From an uncultured Fibrobacteraceae bacterium (GTDB lineage Bacteria > Krumholzibacteriota > Krumholzibacteriia > LZORAL124-64-63), in NCBI GenBank assembly GCA_964476155.1, contig CAYYYS010000003.1, positions 52,489 to 116,488 on the forward strand: a DNA stretch of 64,000 bases. Reading direction: 5' to 3'. This document shows positions 26,601-35,874 of this stretch, piece after piece. The notes beneath the pieces are model-generated. The model was not told the origin of the DNA. It saw nothing but the letters and a program-made list of their open reading frames with translations, and searched no databases. Numbering within the stretch: the first letter of the stretch is position 1; each line of letters opens with the position of its first letter. The position numbers were made by a program, and so were the translations under genes.

Positions 26601-28204
26601 ATGTGCCCCAGGGGGGTATCTGGATCGGGCGGACGGCGGTCCGTCACCATCAGCGCATCTATCGGATCAGCGTGAACACGAACTCCGGCAAACACTACGA
26701 TCTGCTCATGGTGCTCTGGGACCAGGAAATCGTATCGCGGGACCGTGACGAACTCCTGGCCACGATCTACTGGCTGATCGCGCTCAGCGGCCACCCCCAC
26801 GGTACACCGGTCCTACCTCGCTTCGGCGCCTTCCGGCCCGGCATCGGCGCCCTGTCCCTGGCTTTCGTGAGTGACCTGAGTGTCTGGGAGCGGATTCGCG
26901 AATATGCCGGGGAGCGCGATCAAGGGCTCGACGTGGATCGCACCCTCGACTGGCGTACGCTCTTCGTGAAGGCTTTCACCACGTTCTTCCGCGGCTGGCG
27001 GATCAGCGGCGAGCGGATCGTGCCGGGCATGCTCACGCCCACCAACGTGGCAGTGCCGTCGCCCGATTTCCGCGAGGGTGCGCGCGTCCTGTCCCTGGCC
27101 GGGCTGCGCCCCTATGACAATCCCCTGAGCCTGGTGCAACCCATCCTGCACAATTTCTTCAAGCAGACGACGGTCACCTATCCCTGGACGCGCAACCGGC
27201 TCGAGCTCACCTGGATCTGCGACGCCTGTCTGGAGGCCATGCCCCGCGAGCGCGCCGAAAGTTTCCTCGCCGAGTTGCAGGACCTGATGCAGGACAGTCC
27301 CCTGGACGGTTACCGGGCTCAATTCGCGCGGGAACTCACGACCTACCGCGAACGCATGAAGATGGAGCCCCACATGAGCACCGCCCTGCGCGGCGCCGTG
27401 AAGCGTTACCGCAGTTGGGAACACTCGAATCCCGAGGCGTCTTCGACCGCCCGCGAACAGATCATCGTGGAGATGCGACACCTGTACGACCTGGACGCCC
27501 AGCCCCCGGTCGTCCGCTACATGCTCTACCGCCATACCTGGTTCCGGTGGTCGGCCGCACCGGTCCGCGAGGCCTTCGACGCCTTGCTGAGGACCCTGCA
27601 CACGACGCCGGACCGCGCGGCCACGGATCTGGTCGAGATTTCCAGGCTCCAGGCGCTGCTTCAGGATCCCGACGACCTGCGGATCTTCCGGCGCATGGTC
27701 TTCCCCCACTCGCCCTCGTCCCAGCAGCCCGTGCTGATGACCGTCGGCTCCGAGGAGGACCGGCATGTGGTGGTGGGCACCGAGATCGCCGACAAGACCG
27801 GCGCCACATACACGGTGCGGGTTCCCCTGGCACCGGCCGAATACGGCAAGCTGTACAGGCTTTTCTTCAAGGCAGGGTACTACAAGACCATCTCCGAGCA
27901 GGACCAGCTCTTCATCGTGTTCGACGAGCAGGAGCAGGTCATCGGCGGCATCAGCTGGACCGAGGTGGATCGTCAGGTGGTCCACCTGAACGGCATCGTG
28001 GTCGCGACGTCCCTGCTGGGCCGCGGTATCAGCAGCGTGTTGATCGAGGACTGCTGCGATCGCCTGGCCAACATGGGATACGAGACCGTCAAGACGCTGT
28101 TCGTGTTGCGTCCCTTCTTCGAACGGCACGGCTTCCATCTGGACAAGCGCTGGGGCGGATTGGTGCGGTCGTTGCAGGACATGCCGGAGGATGCTGAGAC
28201 GTGA
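23609..28204 (+). CDS. giant multidomain protein: N-terminal AMP-forming acyl-CoA synthetase/ligase domain, ~750-aa unknown central region, C-terminal GNAT acyltransferase domain
   Basis: Single 1531-aa ORF. Residues ~100-620 carry the adenylate-forming enzyme motifs (VMFTSGSTGRPKGV, GFGMTEATGG, GDL...DRIKD, PKGSFRRK). The C-terminal ~150 aa carry a GNAT CoA-binding motif (IVVATSLLGRGISSVLIEDCCDRLANMGYETV). The middle region has no motif I recognise. The overlapping 806-aa ORF in another frame is an R/P-rich artifact. Confidence 0.7.
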   Translation: MTTDGTHLTSDLAAWRDGEADPASAATLLDTYSHHLETDALDEGVWRAFLEITREPDFLEALPDDDARRRWADLAIGVVRRTGFTLADLLDQRVAAHPSRIWLRESPLTDGSEWSYDRVRTKARTYAAAFLGTGPLPRVALLTPNTARGAFCDLACLLHGILVTPLSPQTDAETIAWICDTLGVTVIVSGGAEQAVTATAAIKAADIDIVHLVLEDQAPAGCDARPLEALCATLTQSDIDNALAAQPRFGLDDVATVMFTSGSTGRPKGVEFSLYNLVSKRFARAAALPSVGRDEVMLCFLPLFHTFGRYLELLGSMFWGGAYVFVGNNSRATLLTLLQRVQPTGLISIPLRWAQIQESCLNHMEDQGAGKLSDEDFRAVAGGNLRWGLSAAGYLEPRIFRFFQRHGVDLCSGFGMTEATGGITMTPPGDYLDDSVGKPLPGVNVRLTEQGEMQISGPYIASYLDQEGHPGDGSWLSTGDLFARHENGHLEIVDRIKDIYKNSRGQTIAPRRVEQRYVEVPGIKRVFLVGDHRADNVLLIVPDPEDPVLQGDPAGKETRDYFHRIVTAANRDLSSFERVVNFAVLDRDFSEERGELTPKGSFRRKTIETNFQDVVDDLYLSDNVDLQVNSLTLRVPRWFFRDLSILETDITAGSKHLRNVVNGYELEVERVDESFVRVGDLLYELPGDTVDLGRLSRQPGLWAGNPQLAAFCPVRDGWDTPYAPFTPHVYLPWRSESGEPSDPGALPPMSDHRLPRIHDLCRKALLGVGEYALKAVVELEKSLAIADHRTAELIRRRVEALSRHPEMDIRCYAYRTLVLDEPSPDFSELRPKFISSGLPFLDAKTITTITREGMEGRRLDAFRRRLHAYRLHLTWPGDDLVHSQFESIFTMLAEFVRLHPGYYRVVRDELVSWILLREDPVIADLAERTTLELGNWYEDWLAGTQPYHGEAVWEQKILFQDGLSQTEITRLEETLAGTTFLEQSVRLTTGGEILDMRDVPQGGIWIGRTAVRHHQRIYRISVNTNSGKHYDLLMVLWDQEIVSRDRDELLATIYWLIALSGHPHGTPVLPRFGAFRPGIGALSLAFVSDLSVWERIREYAGERDQGLDVDRTLDWRTLFVKAFTTFFRGWRISGERIVPGMLTPTNVAVPSPDFREGARVLSLAGLRPYDNPLSLVQPILHNFFKQTTVTYPWTRNRLELTWICDACLEAMPRERAESFLAELQDLMQDSPLDGYRAQFARELTTYRERMKMEPHMSTALRGAVKRYRSWEHSNPEASSTAREQIIVEMRHLYDLDAQPPVVRYMLYRHTWFRWSAAPVREAFDALLRTLHTTPDRAATDLVEISRLQALLQDPDDLRIFRRMVFPHSPSSQQPVLMTVGSEEDRHVVVGTEIADKTGATYTVRVPLAPAEYGKLYRLFFKAGYYKTISEQDQLFIVFDEQEQVIGGISWTEVDRQVVHLNGIVVATSLLGRGISSVLIEDCCDRLANMGYETVKTLFVLRPFFERHGFHLDKRWGGLVRSLQDMPEDAET

Positions 28205-28222
28205 CGGAACCGCGGCCGGTGA

Positions 28223-29128
28223 TCAGGACACGAACCGATCGTGGAAGACACCGTGGCGCAGTCCGCGATCGCAGATGATCATGTCATCGGTCCCCAGACG
28301 CGACATCAGGGCCGCAACGATCGACGCGCCGGCGAGCATCACGTCGGCGCGCTGCGGATGCAGGCCGGGGATACGCCGACGGTCGCGCAGGGACATCTCC
28401 CGCAGACGGCCGATGGCGGCCTCCACCACGCGCCGCGACACGGTCCGGCCGTGAACCTCGGCGTGATCTTCCCACCCCACACCGTAGTGCACCGTCCCCA
28501 GGCTGACCGCCGTGGCGCCGATGCCCACCAGCTTGCCGCTGCGCACCGGGACCGTCTCGATCACGCGACGCAGGGCGTCCGACAACTCGGCCAGCTCCGC
28601 AACGGTCACCGGATCGGACAGCAGGTGGCGGTCTGTCAACACGCGCGAGCCCACCGGCAGGCTGCACGATTCGTCGATGCGGCCGTCGATCCCCTGCACG
28701 ACTTCGGTGCTGGCGCCCCCCGCGTCGAAAACCTGCACGGGGTCGTCGCCCAGATCGAGGGATGACGTGGCGGCCAGGAAGGCGAGCCGCGCTTCCTCCG
28801 CGCCCGACAGGACGCGAACGCCGATCTTGCAGCGGTTGCGGATCCAGGTCACGAACTCCTTGGCGTTGTCGGCCTGACGCAGGGCCTGGGTGCCCACGGC
28901 CGCGATCTTCTCCGCGCCGAGACCCTCGGCGTGGGCCTTGAATTCCTTGATGGCGACGAGCGTCCGGTCCATGGCGGCTTCCGACAATTCGCCCGAGCCG
29001 GCCAGTCCCTCGGCCAGACGATTGACCACGGCCATGTCGGCCACTTCGGTCACGCGCCCGTGGACCACACGGCCCACGTACATCTTGAGCGAGTTCGAGC
29101 CGATATCTATAATCGCCTGCCTGATCAC
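28223..29128 (-). CDS. ppx: Ppx/GppA family phosphatase (exopolyphosphatase / guanosine pentaphosphate phosphohydrolase)
   Basis: The N-terminal IIDIGSNSLKMYV, FDAGGASTE and overall actin-like ATPase fold signature match. 301 aa. Confidence 0.8.
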   Translation of the reverse strand: MIRQAIIDIGSNSLKMYVGRVVHGRVTEVADMAVVNRLAEGLAGSGELSEAAMDRTLVAIKEFKAHAEGLGAEKIAAVGTQALRQADNAKEFVTWIRNRCKIGVRVLSGAEEARLAFLAATSSLDLGDDPVQVFDAGGASTEVVQGIDGRIDESCSLPVGSRVLTDRHLLSDPVTVAELAELSDALRRVIETVPVRSGKLVGIGATAVSLGTVHYGVGWEDHAEVHGRTVSRRVVEAAIGRLREMSLRDRRRIPGLHPQRADVMLAGASIVAALMSRLGTDDMIICDRGLRHGVFHDRFVS

Positions 29129-29174
29129 CGGTTACCTTCTTAGTCTTATGTAGGACGCGAACCCGACAAACAGG

Positions 29175-29210
29175 CGCCGGGGGACCGTGCGGGTCCGCCC
29201 GGCGCCGTCT
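29175..29210 (-). terminator. hairpin downstream of the sdh operon
   Basis: GGCGCCGGGGGACCGTGCGGGTCCGCCCGGCGCC is a nested GC-rich stem followed by a short T-rich stretch. Confidence 0.35.
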
Positions 29211-29223
29211 TTTCGGTCCGAAT

Positions 29224-29979
29224 CTATTTGTCATTCAGGGCACCCTTGAAGAACTCGCGACGCATGCGCGCGATGTTCTCGATGGACACTTCCTTGGGAC
29301 AGACCGCTTCGCACTCGCCGTGGTTTGAGCAGTTGCCGAAGCCTTCGGCGTCCATCTGCCCGACCATGGCCAGGGCCCGTCGACCACGCTCGACCTGTCC
29401 CTGGGGAAGATACGAAAGCTGGCTGATCTTGGCGCTCACGAACAGCGAGGCCGACGCGTTCGGGCACGCCGCCACGCAGGCGCCGCAACCGATGCAGCTG
29501 GCCGCGTCCATGGCCTTGTCGGCATCGACCTTGGGGATCGGCACCGCGTTGCTGTCGGGAGCCGAGCCCACGTTGGCCGAAACGAAGCCGCCCTGCTGCT
29601 GGATCCGATCGTAGGACGTACGGTCCACGACCAGGTCCTTGATGATCGGGAACGGCCGCGCCCGGAACGGCTCCACGGTGATCGTGTCGCCGTCCTTGAA
29701 GTGGCGCATGCGCACCTCGCAGGTGGTCGTCGCGGGGTTGGGGCCGTGGGCGATCCCCTGAATGACGAGACCGCAGGTGCCGCAGATCCCTTCGCGACAG
29801 TCGCTGTCGAACTCCACGGGTTGCTCGCCCTTGCGGGCCAGATCCTCGTTGAGGATGTCGAGCATCTCGAGGAACGACATCTCGGGAAGGATCTCCTTCA
29901 CGGTGTACTCGACGAACCGGCCGTTGGGGTCTCCGCAGGCCTGCCGCCAGATCTTCAGTTTGATGGTCATCGCGCTCAT
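29224..29979 (-). CDS. sdhB: succinate dehydrogenase/fumarate reductase iron-sulfur subunit
   Basis: The cysteine clusters match those of SdhB/FrdB: 2Fe-2[11 protein letters not shown], 4Fe-4[13 protein letters not shown] and 3Fe-4[13 protein letters not shown]. Confidence 0.9.
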   Translation of the reverse strand: MSAMTIKLKIWRQACGDPNGRFVEYTVKEILPEMSFLEMLDILNEDLARKGEQPVEFDSDCREGICGTCGLVIQGIAHGPNPATTTCEVRMRHFKDGDTITVEPFRARPFPIIKDLVVDRTSYDRIQQQGGFVSANVGSAPDSNAVPIPKVDADKAMDAASCIGCGACVAACPNASASLFVSAKISQLSYLPQGQVERGRRALAMVGQMDAEGFGNCSNHGECEAVCPKEVSIENIARMRREFFKGALNDK

Positions 29980-29993
29980 GTCCGCCTCCTTCC

Positions 29994-31910
29994 CTACTTG
30001 TAGCTCCGGGTTTTGACTTCGATGTTCTCGTATTCGAGATCTTCCTTGTGCATCGTCGGTTCGCCGGAAGCGTTGTGCTCCCAGGTCGAGACGAACATGA
30101 AGTTCTTGTCGTCGCGTTTGGCTTCGCCCTCTTCGGTCTTGTGCTCCTCGCGGAAGTGTCCGCCGCAGGATTCCTCGCGGGCCAGGGCGTCGCGGGCCAT
30201 GAGCTCACCGACTTCGAGGAAGTCGGCCACGCGGCCGGCCTGCTCGAGCTGCTTGTTGAAGTCCTTCGCGTCGCCGGGAACCTTCACGTCCTGCCAGAAC
30301 CGTTCGCGCAGGGCGGCGATCTCGGTGATGGCCTCCTTCAAGGCGCCCGCCTCGCGCGACATGCCGACCTTGTCCCACATGATCCGACCGAGGTCCCAGT
30401 GGAACTCGCGGATCGTGCGCGACCCGTTCACCTTGAGCAGCTTGTCGTAGTGGCCGTTAACGGCGTTCTCGGCTTCGGCGAAGCTGTCGTGCTCGGTGGT
30501 CGCGGCGTCGAAGCCGCCCGCGGCGAGGTAACCCGCCACCACCCGCGGCACCACGAAGTAGCCGTCGGCGCAGCCCTGCATCAGGGCCGACGCACCCAGC
30601 CGGTTGGCGCCGTGGTCGGAAAAGTTGGCCTCCCCCGCCACGAACAGACCCGGGATGGTGCTCTGCAGGTTGTAGTCCACCCACAGGCCGCCCATGGTGT
30701 AGTGCGGCGCGGGGTAGATCATCATCGGTGACTTGTAGGGATTGTCGTCGGTGATCTCCTCGTACATGTCGAAGAGATTACCGTAACGGTCCCGGACCAC
30801 ATCCTCACCCAATCGGCCGATGGCTTCCTCGAAATCGAGGTACACCGACTGGGACGACATGTAGGCCGACTTGCCGGCGTCGCACTCGACTTTGGCGGCC
30901 CGCGCCGCGATGTCGCGCGGCACCAGGTTGCCGAAGGCCGGGTAGCGGCGCTCCAGGTAGTAGTCGCGCTCGTTCTCGGGAATGTCGTTGGGCTGACGGT
31001 CGTCGCCCGGCTTCTTGGGCACCCACACCCGTCCGTCGTTACGCAACGACTCGCTCATCAGCGTGAGCTTCGACTGGTAGTCGCCCATTTGCGGCACGGC
31101 GGTGGGATGGATCTGCGTGTAGCAGGGATTGGCGAAGTAGGCGCCGCGGCGGTAGGCCCGCCAGGCGGCCGTGGCGTTGCAGTTCACCGCATTGGTCGAC
31201 AGGTAGTACACCGGCGAGTAGCCGCCGGTGGCCAGAACCACCGCGTCGGCCACGTAGCGCTTTAGTTCACCGGTAATCAGGTCGCGGCAGATGATGCCGC
31301 GGGCCCGTCCGTCGATCACCACCAGGTCGAGCATCTCGTGCCGCGGGAACATCTTCACCGTGCCGGCGCCGACCTGGCGCGACAGCGCGGAGTAGACGCC
31401 CAGCAGGAGCTGTTGGCCGGTCTGGCCGCGGGCGTAGAAAGTGCGACTCACCTGCACACCGCCGAACGACCGGTTGGCCAGGGTGCCGCCGTACTCCCGG
31501 GCGAAAGGCACGCCCATCGCCACCATCTGGTCGATAATGCCGGTCGACAGCTGGGCCAGTCGATACACGTTGGCTTCACGGGACCGGTAGTCGCCGCCCT
31601 TGATGGTGTCGTAGAACAGGCGGTAGGTGTTGTCGCTGTCGTACTGGTAGTTCTTCGAGGCGTTGATGCCGCCCTGGGCGGCCACGCTGTGCGCGCGACG
31701 CGACGTATCGTTGATGCAGAAGTTGAGCACGTTGTAGCCGAGCTCGCCGAGGGTCGCCGCGGCGCCGCCTCCGGCCAGGCCCGTGCCCACGACGATCACG
31801 CTGTACTTGCGCCGATTGGCCGGTGCGACCAGCGGTGTGTCCATGGCGTGCTGGTCCCATTTGTCGGCCAGCGGTCCGCTGGGGATCTTGGCGTCTAGTA
31901 GCTGGCTCAT
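29994..31910 (-). CDS. sdhA: succinate dehydrogenase/fumarate reductase flavoprotein subunit
   Basis: [17 protein letters not shown]-binding start, the covalent-FAD His region ([13 protein letters not shown]), HYTMGG, and a 638-aa length typical of type-B enzymes. Confidence 0.9.
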   Translation of the reverse strand: MSQLLDAKIPSGPLADKWDQHAMDTPLVAPANRRKYSVIVVGTGLAGGGAAATLGELGYNVLNFCINDTSRRAHSVAAQGGINASKNYQYDSDNTYRLFYDTIKGGDYRSREANVYRLAQLSTGIIDQMVAMGVPFAREYGGTLANRSFGGVQVSRTFYARGQTGQQLLLGVYSALSRQVGAGTVKMFPRHEMLDLVVIDGRARGIICRDLITGELKRYVADAVVLATGGYSPVYYLSTNAVNCNATAAWRAYRRGAYFANPCYTQIHPTAVPQMGDYQSKLTLMSESLRNDGRVWVPKKPGDDRQPNDIPENERDYYLERRYPAFGNLVPRDIAARAAKVECDAGKSAYMSSQSVYLDFEEAIGRLGEDVVRDRYGNLFDMYEEITDDNPYKSPMMIYPAPHYTMGGLWVDYNLQSTIPGLFVAGEANFSDHGANRLGASALMQGCADGYFVVPRVVAGYLAAGGFDAATTEHDSFAEAENAVNGHYDKLLKVNGSRTIREFHWDLGRIMWDKVGMSREAGALKEAITEIAALRERFWQDVKVPGDAKDFNKQLEQAGRVADFLEVGELMARDALAREESCGGHFREEHKTEEGEAKRDDKNFMFVSTWEHNASGEPTMHKEDLEYENIEVKTRSYK

Positions 31911-32638
31911 CAGTGACCTCCCTGCTGGACCGCTTCTTCAGCGGCGGCGGGATCGACGAAGAAGTAGAGGTAGAGCGGCAGGATGATGTACCCGACCGCC
32001 ATCACCAATGCGAAGATCAGAGAGACGCGGTTCAGCAGCGGGATAGTCCGGTCGTTGGTCCAGCCCAGGGACTGAAACATGCTCCAGAATCCGTGGCGGA
32101 GATGATATCCCAACAGGATCATGCAGGCCGGGAAACCAAAGGCCCAGATGGGCTGCTTGAACGCCGCCAGGACCACGCCATAAAGGTCCTTCATGTCGTG
32201 ACCGTCTGGCTTCGGAATGAGTTCGGGGTTACCGAACTTGAACATCTTGACGTGCAGCACCACGAAGGCCGCCAGGGCCAGGCCGGTGATGATCATCGTC
32301 CGCGACGACAGCGTCTTCTTGCTGGCGCCGCCGGCGTTACGCTGCACGGCGTACTTGACCGGCCGCGCACGGTTCTTGTCGATCCAGGCGACCATGATGG
32401 CCGTCAGGATATGGAAGCCGAAGATCACGAGCATCGCGGTCTCGAAGGCGTAGATCAGCCACCCGTGCAGGGCCGTCTCCAGGAAGTAGGCGTACCCGTT
32501 GAGGGCGCCCGGCCCGATGAAGATGGTGAGGTTGCCGATCAGGTGCACGGTGATGAATCCGACGAGCATGAATCCGGTCAGGCCGTTGATGTACTTCTTG
32601 CCGACCGACGACCAGATCTTTGGTTGGGTAGTGGACAT
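31910..32638 (-). CDS. sdhC: succinate dehydrogenase cytochrome b558-type membrane subunit
   Basis: A 242-aa 5-TM protein with conserved His residues sits at the head of sdhAB, the Bacillus/Bacteroidetes type-B architecture. Confidence 0.8.
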   Translation of the reverse strand: MSTTQPKIWSSVGKKYINGLTGFMLVGFITVHLIGNLTIFIGPGALNGYAYFLETALHGWLIYAFETAMLVIFGFHILTAIMVAWIDKNRARPVKYAVQRNAGGASKKTLSSRTMIITGLALAAFVVLHVKMFKFGNPELIPKPDGHDMKDLYGVVLAAFKQPIWAFGFPACMILLGYHLRHGFWSMFQSLGWTNDRTIPLLNRVSLIFALVMAVGYIILPLYLYFFVDPAAAEEAVQQGGH

Positions 32639-32825
32639 TGACTGGCTCCAGCGCTGATGGCCAGGAAGATCGGGGTTATCCCGTTAGAAATAGCACCTTG
32701 CCGGGGAGGTTTCAACCCGGGATGTACGAGCGGGCTCGTTGAAAACGACCCTCATTGCGAAGACGAATCAGGAGGCTTTGCGTCCAATATAACCCTTTGA
32801 CTCGCATCACGTTACCGAAACAACC

Positions 32826-34037
32826 TCACCAGTCCAGCAGTTGGACTCTCAATTCAGCACCCGCGACAAGCGTGTCCACCTCGCGCGGCACCTCGAGCAG
32901 GGCGTTGGCGCTCGCAAGACCACTGAGCATGTGGGAGCCCTGTCCCTGGGTTGCGCGGGCCTCGAACCGCCCGTCCACAAGCTCCACGACACCGCGGGCC
33001 CATTCCAGGCGACTGGACTTTTTAGTGATGGGCCTGGTCAGGGTAGCGATGGGATGCCGGGCCGTATCGGCCGTCTCCCCCCGCAGACGCCGCAGGGCCG
33101 GGGCGACGAACTGGTGAAAGGAAACCAGCGCGGAGACCGGATTGCCGGGCAAGCCGAACATGAAGCATCCGCCGGGCGCCAGGCCGAAGACGTTGGGCTT
33201 GCCGGGCTTCATGGCCACGCGGTTGAACAGCTCCCGCACACCCAGGTCCGTGCGCACCGCTTCCACATGGTCATGATCGCCGACCGAGGCGCCACCGATG
33301 GTGATCACCACGTCGCAGCGCTTCATCTCGCGCGCCAGGACACGGCGCAACGCCCGCGGATTATCGCCGACCGTCGCGCGACGTATGCGGCCGACGTCCA
33401 ATCGCTTCAGGGCCGCGGCCAGGGCCGGTCCGTTCGCGTCGCGGATCTGCCCCGCCCTGAGCGGAGTCCCCGGCGCCGCGAGTTCGTCGCCGAGCGTGAC
33501 CAGGGCCACGTCCGGCCGGCGATGTGCGCTCAACGTACCGATGCCGTTGGCGGCCAGCAGGCCCACGACCGGCGGCGTGACGATCGTCCCCGCCGCCACG
33601 AGCGGACTCCCCCGACGCAATTCCTCACCGCGAAGCCGGATGTGCTCGCCGGTCGCGGGAGTCCGGCTGACGACCACCGTGTCGTCATGCTCCGTGGTGT
33701 ATTCCTTCATGACGACGGCGTCGGTATCGCGAGGGATCATCGAGCCCGTAAAAACCTTCACGGCACAACCGGATCGCAAAGGCAATCGGCGTGTGCAGCC
33801 GGCCGGCATTTCGCCGGTCAGACGCAACTCGACGGGCCGGCGCGACGCGTGTGAGGTGTCGGGCAGAAGAACGGCGTAACCGTCCATGGCCGACTGGTCG
33901 AAGCGAGGCAGATCGACCCGCGTTCGCACGTCGCGGGTCAGGACACGCCGGTCCGACTCCGCGAGCGGAACCGACTCCGCCGGCAGGGGACGCACCGCGT
34001 CCAGGGTCGTGTTGATGGCATCCGCGTAGTCTATCAT
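32826..34037 (-). CDS. moeA: molybdopterin molybdenumtransferase MoeA
   Basis: SAMDGYAV, the GGVSVGDHD-like region and the C-terminal MoeA domain are present. The start at 34037 (MIDYADAINT) overlaps the upstream gene stop by 4 nt. Confidence 0.85.
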   Translation of the reverse strand: MIDYADAINTTLDAVRPLPAESVPLAESDRRVLTRDVRTRVDLPRFDQSAMDGYAVLLPDTSHASRRPVELRLTGEMPAGCTRRLPLRSGCAVKVFTGSMIPRDTDAVVMKEYTTEHDDTVVVSRTPATGEHIRLRGEELRRGSPLVAAGTIVTPPVVGLLAANGIGTLSAHRRPDVALVTLGDELAAPGTPLRAGQIRDANGPALAAALKRLDVGRIRRATVGDNPRALRRVLAREMKRCDVVITIGGASVGDHDHVEAVRTDLGVRELFNRVAMKPGKPNVFGLAPGGCFMFGLPGNPVSALVSFHQFVAPALRRLRGETADTARHPIATLTRPITKKSSRLEWARGVVELVDGRFEARATQGQGSHMLSGLASANALLEVPREVDTLVAGAELRVQLLDW

Positions 34038-34972
34038 CGGGTCACCTCGGGACGGGCATCGTCCTCGTGCCCACCGCCCCACAGCATCTTGAAGGCGTGG
34101 GGAAGCCCCGGAAAGAGCGCGTCCAGGGAATCGCTCACACCGCCGCGTGATCCCGGCAGATTCACGATGAGCGTATGGCCGCGAATACCGGCGCGGGCCC
34201 GGGACAGCATCGATAACGGTGTGCGGGCCTGTCCGTGGGCCCGCGCCGCTTCGGGGATACCGGGGGCTTCGCGTTCGATCACCTTGGACATGACTTCGGG
34301 CACATTGTCGCGCGGGCCGAAGCCCGTGCCGCCGGTCGTGATGACGAGATCCAGGCGATCCTCATCGGCATAGCGGCACAGCTGCGTCTCGATGCCCGCC
34401 GGCTCGTCCGAGACGATCGCATAATCGGCCACCTGGAAACCCTCGTCCTCGAGACGCTCGCGGATCATCAGACCGGACAGGTCCTTCTTCTTCCCCGCGG
34501 CGATGGAGTCGGACAGCACCAGCACCGCCGCCCGCAGCACCGTCGCGTCGAACTTGTGGAAATCGCTCTTGCCGCCCCGCTTGCGCAGCAGCCGGGTCTC
34601 GCCGATGTGCATGTCGGCGTCGAGCATCTTCAGCATGTCGTAGAGGGTAAGGGTCGCCACGGACGCCCCGGTCATGGCCTCGACCTCCACTCCGGTGCGA
34701 TCGATACCCGTGACCGTCACCTCGGCAACGATGGTCCCGTCACCCGTCTCGAACGTCACCTCTACGCCATCGATACGAATAGGATGGCAATAGGGAATGA
34801 TCTGCGGCGTGTTCTTGACCGCCTGGACCGTGGCCACCTTGGCGACCTCCAGGGGATTGCCCTTGGGTACGCCGCCGGCTTCGATGATGGCCATGGTTTC
34901 GGGCGCGAGGTGCAGGACGGAGCACGCCGTGGCCGTGCGCAGGCTGGGTCCCTTGCGATTGACGTTGATCAC
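34034..34972 (-). CDS. moaC: bifunctional MoaC (cyclic pyranopterin monophosphate synthase) / MogA-MoaB domain protein
   Basis: The N-terminal MoaC region shows IPYCHPIRIDGVEV and EAMTGASVATLTLYDM. The C-terminal MogA/MoaB domain shows VLSDSIAAG...ITTGGTGFGPRD. The true start may lie upstream at a non-ATG codon. Confidence 0.8.
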   Translation of the reverse strand: MINVNRKGPSLRTATACSVLHLAPETMAIIEAGGVPKGNPLEVAKVATVQAVKNTPQIIPYCHPIRIDGVEVTFETGDGTIVAEVTVTGIDRTGVEVEAMTGASVATLTLYDMLKMLDADMHIGETRLLRKRGGKSDFHKFDATVLRAAVLVLSDSIAAGKKKDLSGLMIRERLEDEGFQVADYAIVSDEPAGIETQLCRYADEDRLDLVITTGGTGFGPRDNVPEVMSKVIEREAPGIPEAARAHGQARTPLSMLSRARAGIRGHTLIVNLPGSRGGVSDSLDALFPGLPHAFKMLWGGGHEDDARPEVTR

Positions 34973-35196
34973 TGTGGTTTCTCCGTTTCGGGTCGGTCGC
35001 TGACGGCGGACTCCAGATCCGCCAGATCCTGCGGCGTATTGACGTTGAGAAAACTCGATCCGCGAGGATCGACCTCGCGCAGGTCGGTTTCGGTTAAGGT
35101 TCGAAACCCGATACTGTCGACGGCGCCGATGCGTCGCGACCGACCGCCGGCCAGCACCACGGCACCGACACTCTCGGCTGACGGCCTCCCGTCCAC
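34969..35196 (-). CDS. mini MobA-like ORF (75 aa), possible degenerate molybdenum cofactor guanylyltransferase
   Basis: Contains the MobA N-terminal motif VVLAGGRSRRIG and a C-terminal ending NVNTPQDLADL, but lacks the ~110 central residues. It overlaps the MOSC stop and the moaC start, so it is translationally coupled. Confidence 0.4.
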   Translation of the reverse strand: MDGRPSAESVGAVVLAGGRSRRIGAVDSIGFRTLTETDLREVDPRGSSFLNVNTPQDLADLESAVSDRPETEKPQ

Positions 35197-35199
35197 CGC

Positions 35200-35652
35200 T
35201 CAGGCCTCCGCGCTCGCGACGGTCAGACGAACGACTTCGTCACCGGGCTTCAGGTCCCCGCCCTGGAGCACCTGGCAAAAAATGCCTTCCCGCGGCATGA
35301 TGCAATCACCGGTCTTCTCGCGGATGACACACCCGTGATGGCATTCCTTGCCGATCTGGGTGACCTCCATCAGGATCTCGGCACCGATGCGCACGCGATC
35401 ACCGATGGTCGTCTCGCGCCAGTCGATACCGCTGGTGATCAGGTTCTCGGCGAAGGCGCCATCCTCGATTTCACTGTAGAGGGCGCGCATGCGCTCGATG
35501 CTCTCCAAGGCCAGCACCGAGACCTGGCGATGCCAGGGGCCGGCGTGAGCGTCGCCTTCGATACCGTGTTCGGTCCGCATGACCGCCGTCGGCACGGACA
35601 CCTTGGTTGTGCCCTTTTCCTCGCTGATACAGATCGCTTCCAAACGCGCCAT
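35200..35652 (-). CDS. MOSC domain-containing protein
   Basis: MARLEAICISEEKGTTK..., GDAHAG and a conserved Cys (IGKECHHGC) are typical of small MOSC beta-barrel proteins (YiiM-like). The longer ORF to 35805 is a 5' extension. Confidence 0.6.
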   Translation of the reverse strand: MARLEAICISEEKGTTKVSVPTAVMRTEHGIEGDAHAGPWHRQVSVLALESIERMRALYSEIEDGAFAENLITSGIDWRETTIGDRVRIGAEILMEVTQIGKECHHGCVIREKTGDCIMPREGIFCQVLQGGDLKPGDEVVRLTVASAEA

Positions 35653-35874
35653 TGGTCCTGTCCATCCTCTCAAGCATGAGCCGTCGATGAACGTATCCGG
35701 GACATCCGTCGCGCGAATATCCATCCCGCCGCCAAGGCTCTCGCCAGGTTTCTGGTCATGAAGGCGATGGCCCCTGTAATCAACGTGACAAGGGACAGGG
35801 TGCAAACCCCGTTGACGAGTCTCATTTCACCCCACCAACTCCAGTTCGATCGCTGCGCAGCGACGAGCTTCACG

